64,000 nucleotides of DNA from a virus: IMG/VR virus record IMGVR_UViG_3300025789_000020. One strand, given 5' to 3'. This document shows, piece after piece, positions 48,898-55,865 of this stretch. The notes under the pieces are model-generated. The model was not told the origin of the DNA, made no database searches, and saw only the letters and a program-made list of their open reading frames with translations. Each line of letters opens with the position of its first letter. The stretch's first letter is position 1. The translations under genes and the position numbers were made by a program.

Positions 48898-49164
48898 TTA
48901 AACTCCCATTTCGCTAAAGGTTACTGAAGGATCAATGCTGAGCAATTCCTCAGCACAACGAGTAAGATTACGCATCTTTGCACGAACCACTGACGCAGGC
49001 AGTTCGCCATCGCAGGTCAAGTTCTCTGGGCTCATTTCGCTGTCAATGCCATCAGCAATGGCTTGGCGATCTGCACCGTTTAACAGGCTCAAAGGCTTTT
49101 GGTTGAATACGGCACGCCACTTGTTCTTGTTTTCTACATACTGCTCTAATGTTGCTATGTTCAT
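48898..49164 (-). CDS. Hypothetical early protein
   Basis: SPENLTCDGE motif; own promoter. Confidence 0.7.
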   Translation of the reverse strand: MNIATLEQYVENKNKWRAVFNQKPLSLLNGADRQAIADGIDSEMSPENLTCDGELPASVVRAKMRNLTRCAEELLSIDPSVTFSEMGV

Positions 49165-49199
49165 CTCTGCTCCTTTTGTGTCTGTAAGTAAGTATTATA

Positions 49200-49436
49200 C
49201 TAGAGTTTCCGGATCCTGTCAATAACCCTATTTGCTTCAGGGTAATTACTTTCCAACGTCATTTTGCACTCAATTTTGAGGGCCAAAGCCTGTTCGCGTA
49301 GTTCGAGAGCAAATTGGTTTAGAAGCTCTTGGGCATACTCAATGTCATCAGCTTCTACCTTGCTTTCCCAATCCTTAATCACATCAGGACTGGCGTTGAG
49401 CAAGAACTCTAAGTTGCTACGATCATGTTCATTCAT
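49200..49436 (-). CDS. Hypothetical protein
   Basis: DRSNLEFLL...W...DDIEYA.EL. Confidence 0.65.
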   Translation of the reverse strand: MNEHDRSNLEFLLNASPDVIKDWESKVEADDIEYAQELLNQFALELREQALALKIECKMTLESNYPEANRVIDRIRKL

Positions 49437-49572
49437 AGTCGCGTCCTTTGTGCTTGGGCTTACGCTTGTAGGCCAACTTGTTCTCTACCCGTTTAGGCTT
49501 AAATGGTGTATCCTTGCAGAACAGGACAATGTGTGCCCTAACCTGCTTTGGAACTTTAATTACAATCTTCAT
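49429..49572 (-). CDS. 47-aa basic microprotein, ArfA-like (not in ORF track)
   Basis: MKIVIKVPKQVRAHIVLFCKDTPFKPKRVENKLAYKRKPKHKGRDYE; own promoter and AAGGAG. Confidence 0.6.
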   Translation of the reverse strand: MKIVIKVPKQVRAHIVLFCKDTPFKPKRVENKLAYKRKPKHKGRDYE

Positions 49573-49620
49573 CTCGCTCTCCTTACTATAGTTCTATTAT
49601 AGCAGGGCTAGCCCAAAGTG

Positions 49621-49839
49621 TCAAGCGCCGTTATAGGGGCTGTAGATCTCGTTCTGTGGCTCTTCTACAACATCTTCTTCAGATGTAACACCGTTGGATT
49701 CGATCCAATCGTAGACCATGCTCAAAGGAATCTCTAGTTGGACAGCGATTGATTTAGGCTTATAGCCCTCAATGTATAGCTGTTCAATGTCGTAGGCTAC
49801 ATCACTCATAGAGTATCGTTCAGTCGTCATATGCTTCAT
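49621..49839 (-). CDS. Small HTH-like protein
   Basis: IEQLYIEGY....IAVQLEIP.SMVYDW. Confidence 0.6.
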   Translation of the reverse strand: MKHMTTERYSMSDVAYDIEQLYIEGYKPKSIAVQLEIPLSMVYDWIESNGVTSEEDVVEEPQNEIYSPYNGA

Positions 49840-50035
49840 CTCCTAGTTCTGTTACTTCTTCGGTTAAGACACCCAGATCAACGATGCGGGCTGTTTGATC
49901 TTCGTTGCTCACACCCTGGAACGCTGTGCGGAATGATTGGAACTCGGCAAGGAAGTCATAGACTTCTTCACGACCCCAATCCTCTGGGACTTCAAGTTCC
50001 TGAACAATCAATGTTTCAACTTTGACTTTTTTCAT
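49820..50035 (-). CDS. Small acidic hypothetical protein
   Basis: Own promoter, AGGAGCGCAA RBS. Confidence 0.65.
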   Translation of the reverse strand: MKKVKVETLIVQELEVPEDWGREEVYDFLAEFQSFRTAFQGVSNEDQTARIVDLGVLTEEVTELGDEAYDD

Positions 50036-50068
50036 GTTGCGCTCCTTTGTTGCTAAGTGTTAATTATA

Positions 50069-50272
50069 CTACTCTTCTTCAGAGTCGTCAACTTCGGGCA
50101 GGTAGTGTCTCATGGCTGTTTCGTTGCAATAAACCAACAGTTCTTCAATCGCTGAGAGGTCACCGTCATTCACATCCTTAACGATCTGCTCTAAGACTTG
50201 ATCGCGTAGTTCAATCCACTCTGTATCGAGCTTGTCAAGGGCCGAAGCCCTCTTTGATTCAAAACCTGTCAT
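50069..50272 (-). CDS. Small acidic hypothetical protein
   Basis: ATGA-coupled to upstream gene. Confidence 0.65.
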   Translation of the reverse strand: MTGFESKRASALDKLDTEWIELRDQVLEQIVKDVNDGDLSAIEELLVYCNETAMRHYLPEVDDSEEE

Positions 50273-50757
50273 GCTACTTCGTCTTTCTTAAACTTCTTAA
50301 GGGCTGTTTCCAAACGCTTCCAACGACCGTTTTCGCGTGTACGATAGTACCAGTTGCCTGTTTCCAAGTCTTCATCGTACTTGAACAGATAGAAGTACTC
50401 GCACCAGCTGCCGTCATAGTGTGCTACTGCCTCTTTGGCTGACTCAAAACGCTTATAGTCTGCACCCGTCTCGCCTCGGTCACGCTTGTAAAAGGTACAC
50501 ATATCGCCGTAGAGCTCGTCCCATTCAGCGTCTGTCATCTTAGTATCTATGCGACTAAAGGGATGCTCTGACCCAATCTCTGGACGCAGGCTAGACAAGT
50601 CACCAAATGCAATCAGGTTGTTGACCTTAGGGCTTGCTGTGTAATGCTTGTTGAGGATAGAGCCATTGTGCTCCAAATAACCATCCCAGTGGCAGTAGAT
50701 AGCCTTAACCACTTTGGTATTTGGATTTTCAATAGCAATCATTGATCGTGTACCCAT
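50269..50757 (-). CDS. Phage hypothetical protein (MGTRS...YCHWDGY type)
   Basis: MGTRS.IA, IYCHWDGY, GDLSSL, EYFYL; own promoter and RBS. Confidence 0.8.
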   Translation of the reverse strand: MGTRSMIAIENPNTKVVKAIYCHWDGYLEHNGSILNKHYTASPKVNNLIAFGDLSSLRPEIGSEHPFSRIDTKMTDAEWDELYGDMCTFYKRDRGETGADYKRFESAKEAVAHYDGSWCEYFYLFKYDEDLETGNWYYRTRENGRWKRLETALKKFKKDEVA

Positions 50758-50819
50758 TTTTCGCTCCTAGTGTGTTTGTGTAAGTCTTAATTATACAGGC
50801 TTTTGGCTAGGCTGTCAAC

Positions 50820-51020
50820 CTATTGGCAAAAGATTTCTTTAGACAGGATCTTGTCCTCTACGAGCTTGTTAGACAAGTTAAGAGCCATCATTGCCACAGT
50901 CATTGCCACTGTACGCTCTGCACCCGACATAGAGTTGACGTAGGCAAACAAGTCTTCTAGGCTGTCTGGAGTTGCAAAGAATCCGCTACGGGGAATTGGG
51001 TTGTTTACGATATCATACAT
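50820..51020 (-). CDS. Small hypothetical protein
   Basis: Own promoter and RBS. Confidence 0.7.
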   Translation of the reverse strand: MYDIVNNPIPRSGFFATPDSLEDLFAYVNSMSGAERTVAMTVAMMALNLSNKLVEDKILSKEIFCQ

Positions 51021-51077
51021 AAGTTTCGCTCCTTTTGTGTGTTGATGTTAGTATTATACTAGATCCATGGTGGCCTG

Positions 51078-51302
51078 TCAACCAAATGCTTTATATAACC
51101 CTATAGCGCATATGGTGATTGACACGCAATTTGTTAGGGTTTGGGGCCAGTTGCGCACTCGCAGGCTCCATACCATGTACAGCGTCCCCCCACAGAATCC
51201 TGCTAGGATGCTGTAGCTGTTATAAGCAGGGAAGAAGCTCATTATAGTGTACATGCATAGGAAGCAGGCAGTGCCTGCCCACTGCACTAGGCTGTTAAAC
51301 AT
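51078..51302 (-). CDS. Small membrane protein
   Basis: Three hydrophobic segments; GGAG RBS. Confidence 0.65.
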   Translation of the reverse strand: MFNSLVQWAGTACFLCMYTIMSFFPAYNSYSILAGFCGGTLYMVWSLRVRNWPQTLTNCVSITICAIGLYKAFG

Positions 51303-51637
51303 ACTTCTCCAAATTTAGCTTCCCAGCTAGCAATAAAGCCGCCTGTAACGTCTAAGCTAACATAATTGTCGCCCTGCATACCCTGTTCGCTGTAGTCTAC
51401 GTCTGTGTTTAAATTATGCTCTGCTAGGAATGTACGCAAGTCTTCTATAAATGCGCTGTCTGTGTAAATAAGTCCGTCTGTGTTAACGTCCCAAGTACTA
51501 GTGTTAAAGTACACGCACAGCTCGCCAAAATCTTTGTCGTCTGCTACATAGCCTAGTTGCATGTCTACAATCTCTACTGCTTTAGCTGTAGTAGACCAGT
51601 AGCCGTCTCCGCTAGTGTTAAATGTTACTGTTTGCAT
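51287..51637 (-). CDS. Acidic hypothetical early protein
   Basis: GDGYWS, GLIYTD, YSEQGMQG; own promoter and RBS. Confidence 0.75.
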   Translation of the reverse strand: MQTVTFNTSGDGYWSTTAKAVEIVDMQLGYVADDKDFGELCVYFNTSTWDVNTDGLIYTDSAFIEDLRTFLAEHNLNTDVDYSEQGMQGDNYVSLDVTGGFIASWEAKFGEVCLTA

Positions 51638-51723
51638 AGTTTTCGCTCCTATTGCTGTTTAAAAATTAATTATAACATAGAGAGCACGTAAAGTCAAAGA
51701 CCCTACGCACTCTAGTGTTGTTT

Positions 51724-51987
51724 TTATTCCACAAATTCTACACTGTTTGTGCGTATTGTTTTGTAGACATTAGGTAATACTTTAGCTAACTCTACAGACA
51801 AATTTTCTGCAAGTAAGTCCCCGCTAACATATGCACATTTAGATTGTGTAGGGAAGTTATATTTTATTACTTCTGTATTACCTACTTTTTTAATTGTTTT
51901 GTGTGCATTAAATGCGACAACTAGTTTGTAGGACTGTAGTTTTTTATTAAAAACTAGTTTAGCTTTAGCGACGCAGTTTGTTAACAT
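51724..51987 (-). CDS. Basic hypothetical early protein
   Basis: Own promoter and AGGAG RBS. Confidence 0.7.
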   Translation of the reverse strand: MLTNCVAKAKLVFNKKLQSYKLVVAFNAHKTIKKVGNTEVIKYNFPTQSKCAYVSGDLLAENLSVELAKVLPNVYKTIRTNSVEFVE

Positions 51988-52043
51988 ATAGGCTCCTGTT
52001 TGTGTATGTGTTTATTATACTGCATTTTGGCTAGCCTGTCAAC

Positions 52044-52527
52044 AACCCTACGCCGCATAGGGTTATGCCATGAATTAGATTGGACTTACGACTCAGGGTC
52101 ACTTGGCCTGAGCTGCCTTAAACTGTTACAGTGAAATGCACTGGAGCTTCCCTTTGTCCAAAGTCTCTGATCGCTCGACACATGAGACTCCACTTCTTGG
52201 CATCTTTTGGAATGGTGTAACTAACAGAACGTCTCCATTAGCCATTTACCGCCGGCGCTACCGTGCTATCCTCACCAAGTTTTGGGCAATGCCTTTCACT
52301 CTAACAGTTAGGAAAAGGCTAAAGGAACCATTGTAGATCTATCTCTACCACAGGGCAACGTCTGCCACTGGGCCTCTACGGTCATTACTGCCTACATACT
52401 CCGCCGCTTCTCCAACACGTCTTAGGTGCCTGTTTCATGCCCCATCCTCAAGCGTATCCGTCGATACTGTCCTCTATCTGGGCGCCTAACGGTGTAGGTA
52501 ACCTTTAACTCTTTCCTAACTGTCTAT
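52044..52527 (-). ncRNA. Candidate large structured non-coding RNA (~480 nt)
   Basis: Consensus promoter with no RBS/ORF behind it; ~22-bp long-range helix 52502-52523/52304-52325 and many nested stems. Confidence 0.7.
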
Positions 52528-52574
52528 GTGCTTATTATAGCACATAGACCTAACCCTGTCAATAACCCTTCAAT

Positions 52575-52781
52575 TTAGTCTGCTAATACAGGCCCTAAAG
52601 ATTCAGGTAATGCAATGCCTAGGATCTCGCAGACACCTTCATAGTTGCATTGGGCTTCTGTCCCGATCCACTCTATGTCTTCTGCTTCTAGGGTCTCAAA
52701 GCCAGCTCCGCGTTCTGCACGGAAATCTAGGACTTCGTTAGCTAGTTCTATGACATGCTTGATTCTGTTATACTTTGCCAT
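52575..52781 (-). CDS. Small hypothetical protein
   Basis: Own promoter and AGGAGCGAA RBS. Confidence 0.7.
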   Translation of the reverse strand: MAKYNRIKHVIELANEVLDFRAERGAGFETLEAEDIEWIGTEAQCNYEGVCEILGIALPESLGPVLAD

Positions 52782-52847
52782 TTTTCGCTCCTTCTTTGTG
52801 TGTCTATGTGCTTATTATAGCACATAGACCTAACTCTGTCAATACCC

Positions 52848-52940
52848 CTATGCTTTGAAAGGAGTCTCTTTTGGCGCACCCGGTACATTACATGTCTCTA
52901 CGCCTTTAAAGTGCCATTTTCTGCAATGTGTACATTCCAT
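52848..52940 (-). CDS. 30-aa Cys/His microprotein (not in ORF track)
   Basis: MECTHCRKWHFKGVETCNVPGAPKETPFKA behind its own promoter and AGGAG. Confidence 0.6.
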   Translation of the reverse strand: MECTHCRKWHFKGVETCNVPGAPKETPFKA

Positions 52941-52985
52941 CTTCTGCTCCTTTGTTGCTAAGTGTTAATTATACTACCTAATCGC

Positions 52986-53216
52986 TTAGGCGTCAACCGG
53001 TGCAAACAAGGCCTGCATATCTTTCATAAAGCGTCTGTAGGCCACCTTCTGGATCGTAGGTAGCTCGTCTAGTGCTACCCTGTCACCCATCTCCATTACC
53101 GCTTCTAGTACACCAGGATGACCGTTGACCCTTTTGTAGGCTTCTACGATCTCAATGGCTTCTGTAATGTCCATTTGGTAGATGTTACCGTTGTTCATTG
53201 TAGTGATAGTTCTCAA
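52986..53216 (-). CDS. Small hypothetical protein (TTG start)
   Basis: AGGAGCGAA directly upstream of TTG. Confidence 0.65.
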   Translation of the reverse strand: MRTITTMNNGNIYQMDITEAIEIVEAYKRVNGHPGVLEAVMEMGDRVALDELPTIQKVAYRRFMKDMQALFAPVDA

Positions 53217-53260
53217 GTTTCGCTCCTTTAGTTAACTGTCTATGTGTCTATTATACTGCC

Positions 53261-53944
53261 TTATGCTACCTCTGTCAAGCGGATTACGAATCCACTGTAG
53301 TCTTTCTTAGCACGACCCTTGGCCTTCAATCCTAGCATAATGCCCTTAGGGTCCAAAAAGCGCAAGTCAGTTTCGTCTGCACTCGGAACACCCTCTGGGA
53401 TCTTGTCGTAGACAGCAACCACGCTCATGCCCTGCATTAATGCTTCTGCAACATCAGCATCGTTACCGTCTGCCTTAGAAAATGTAAGGTGATAGTTAGG
53501 CAGATGCGCAACCTTGCGTCCTAAGACCTTAGTGTAGTCATAGAACTGTACTGTAGGGAACTTCTCAATGATGCCCCATTTTTCTACAGATAAGTCACTA
53601 GTACCATTCAAACGGAACACGGGTGTCAAGCCTTGCTTTTCAGCGAACTTGATAGCCTTGCGGATGTCTGCTTCTAATGTAGCAAGGAACAGATCTCTTT
53701 GCTCAAAGTACATCTTTGTCTTGCGGATACGAGCCTGCTGAATCATGTTAGTATTCTCGCCCCGTTTGAACATACCACCACGCCCGGCAGTGTTAAGGCA
53801 AGCGGCAATGCAACCCGGTGTAGCCTTAGGGCAAGTGTTCTTGCCGCTCAGTGTACTAGGTGCAAGGTGTAAGATGAAGCTAAGATAGCCCATCTTAGTG
53901 CCCTTTTGGATCTTAGGGTTGGCAGTACTTAATAGTTTAAACAT
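53261..53944 (-). CDS. Gene product 88 (GP88)-like protein
   Basis: CPKATPGCIAACL..AGRG, RLNGTSD, QFYDYTK, NYHLTFS, DLRFLD. Confidence 0.75.
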   Translation of the reverse strand: MFKLLSTANPKIQKGTKMGYLSFILHLAPSTLSGKNTCPKATPGCIAACLNTAGRGGMFKRGENTNMIQQARIRKTKMYFEQRDLFLATLEADIRKAIKFAEKQGLTPVFRLNGTSDLSVEKWGIIEKFPTVQFYDYTKVLGRKVAHLPNYHLTFSKADGNDADVAEALMQGMSVVAVYDKIPEGVPSADETDLRFLDPKGIMLGLKAKGRAKKDYSGFVIRLTEVA

Positions 53945-54006
53945 GGTTCGCTCCTTGTTAATATGTCATAATTATAACACGATCTTGTGAGGCTGTCAAT
54001 AACCCT

Positions 54007-54327
54007 TCAAAGATACTGGTCATTCAGTTCAGGTTGTATCTGCTTGACCAGCTCACGCTCGTAGGCATAGGCTTCAGCACGACCGCGTATGACGTCTAAG
54101 ACAGTATGAGTCCATCCGTCCCAGTTCCCACTCTTAATATAGCGATAGAGCTCCCAGTCCCTGTCTTCGTGTCTAGCTCTGCTTATATGCTTACGCCACC
54201 GTTCTTTGACAGCCTTTGTGACTGTAGTAGATCCCTTGCGAGTAAGCCCTATGTAGGCTAGTCCATTGTGAAATGCACAATAGATAACGAAATTAGAATC
54301 TTTACGAGCAGTTCTTTTTGTCTTCAT
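54007..54327 (-). CDS. GIY-YIG nuclease family protein
   Basis: VIY......AYIGLT...RW.KH...E..L...LN; likely leaderless start MKTKR. Confidence 0.8.
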   Translation of the reverse strand: MKTKRTARKDSNFVIYCAFHNGLAYIGLTRKGSTTVTKAVKERWRKHISRARHEDRDWELYRYIKSGNWDGWTHTVLDVIRGRAEAYAYERELVKQIQPELNDQYL

Positions 54328-54396
54328 GTTAGTATTATAGCGCACCCTGCTCAAAACGTCAAGTGGCTAAAAGAACACGACCATTCTGTAGGGGTG

Positions 54397-54425
54397 TTGA
54401 CGAACTAGCCAAAAGGCACTATAAT
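54397..54425 (+). promoter_or_regulatory. Divergent sigma70-type promoter with no obvious ORF downstream
   Basis: TTGACG-N17-TATAAT. Confidence 0.7.
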
Positions 54426-54604
54426 TAGACTATCGAACAGAGGGGGGTGGACGTCACCGCTGTCTCACCGATTCTAAGTTGGTAAGCGCCAACTAACTGT
54501 GGCGAAAAAACAACACTGTGGCAGAAATACAACAAAGACCTGGTTGACAGCAGGGTTAATAACATTTGATTTGACTTTTGGATTCTAGAATAAAATGCCA
54601 AAAT

Positions 54605-54630
54605 AAAACCTGCTGAACCAAGCAGGTTTT
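54605..54630. terminator. Bidirectional intrinsic terminator
   Basis: AAAACCTGCT-GAACCA-AGCAGGTTTT. Confidence 0.75.
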
Positions 54631-54664
54631 AGCAGGACTTTTCCGGCCCTTAAAAGACTATTAA

Positions 54665-54877
54665 TTACTCATCTTCCTCGGGAAAACTAACCTTATAGTG
54701 TGTAGAGGGCATTAATTCAAGAATATAATCACATGCATCATCTTGATTATCAAACACGGCAAAGTCACAACAACGATCACTATGCTTGAATACTCGTATA
54801 TGATGATCCTCAGTTACTGTTATATGTACAGCATGAGTAGCGAACTGTATAAAACTCTTACTAGCCTGCATGGTCAT
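54665..54877 (-). CDS. Small hypothetical protein
   Basis: AGGAG RBS. Confidence 0.55.
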   Translation of the reverse strand: MTMQASKSFIQFATHAVHITVTEDHHIRVFKHSDRCCDFAVFDNQDDACDYILELMPSTHYKVSFPEEDE

Positions 54878-55240
54878 CTCCTAATGAGTATATAGTATAT
54901 ATCGGTTTACTAGTCTTTACAAGTGTTTAGGCAGACTTCTCACCGTACAGTCGAGTAGAGAGTCTTCTAGAATGTGGAAAAGTGTGATCTAGATCATGAC
55001 CCCTAGCGTAGTGATCAATCTAAGCAAGGTGTCAAGCTAAAAATGTCTAGAAAAGTGTGGAAAAGTGCAATAAAGTGTGGCAGATTCTTGATCGTAAGCC
55101 ACTATCAAGGTTGACACTTTGAGCATACGGTAGTAAGAATTTGGCGGCTCGTGGGCGAGAGGGGCATAGTTTAAATGGTTACTCGCAATTCTCCGCCAAA
55201 AGCCCTCAATCTAGATATCCCCCAGCATGTATAGACCTTC

Positions 55241-55474
55241 TACAGCGGGGCCTATCCTACATGCATAGTGTGCGCACGTGACCGTACAGCGGGGCCTAGT
55301 GTAGATCTAGCGAGTATACTCAAACGTCTTGCACTGTGCATCTATAGACTCTATACTCGAGCTATACAGTAAGTAATAAGGTTCCGCCCATTATGTTTAC
55401 TCGTGTGTAAGTCTAGCTTCCATTAGGGATACAAGCAGTTCTTATACATGTGCTATACACCTACAGCGGGGCCT
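55241..55474 (+). repeat. 13-bp direct repeat TACAGCGGGGCCT x3
   Basis: Copies at 55241, 55285, 55462 in a non-coding tract. Confidence 0.9.
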
Positions 55475-55559
55475 TGCTATACATACTGTAATAGTATATA
55501 GATCGCTACCCATAATGTCGTTGCTACTACTAGTGCTAAGGCTATATGTAGTGTGTTCA

Positions 55560-55748
55560 TTATTGATTCCATCCATATACTCGCTCATGTGCTAGTATAG
55601 CGAGTTTAATAGTGACTAGTTCATCTATGAGTGCGTAGTATGCGTTTAGATCACTAGCCAGCTTGTAGGTAATATATAGACGACTATACAGATCTATACG
55701 TGCTTGTATAGCCAATATGTTCGTATGATAACGTTGTCGCATGCTCAT
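55560..55748 (-). CDS. Small hypothetical protein
   Basis: ORF only; weak support. Confidence 0.35.
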   Translation of the reverse strand: MSMRQRYHTNILAIQARIDLYSRLYITYKLASDLNAYYALIDELVTIKLAILAHERVYGWNQ

Positions 55749-55865
55749 ACAAGTATATATGAGTTTGACTACTATAAAGCGTTATGGATACACCAAATGA
55801 TTGCGGCTTCTAGTGTGCCCAATATTAATAGCAATGAGTAGACTACCATGTGAAGTCTAGCGTTC

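Larger units (their letters stand above)
43285..54362 (-). promoter_or_regulatory. Array of ~23 sigma70-type promoters (TTGAC-N17-TATAAT), most followed by an A/C-rich leader and AGGAGCGAA-type RBS
   Basis: Recurrent plus-strand pattern ttcgctcct...attata-N17-gtcaa between successive small ORFs. Confidence 0.9.

Noticed and set aside
52136-52336. 66-aa plus-strand ORF in the track
   Set aside because: No promoter or RBS, against local gene orientation, and antisense to the structured RNA candidate
43285-54362. CRISPR array or integron interpretation of the recurring intergenic motifs
   Set aside because: Repeats are degenerate promoter/RBS modules separated by whole genes; no cas genes, integrase or attC-like structure seen
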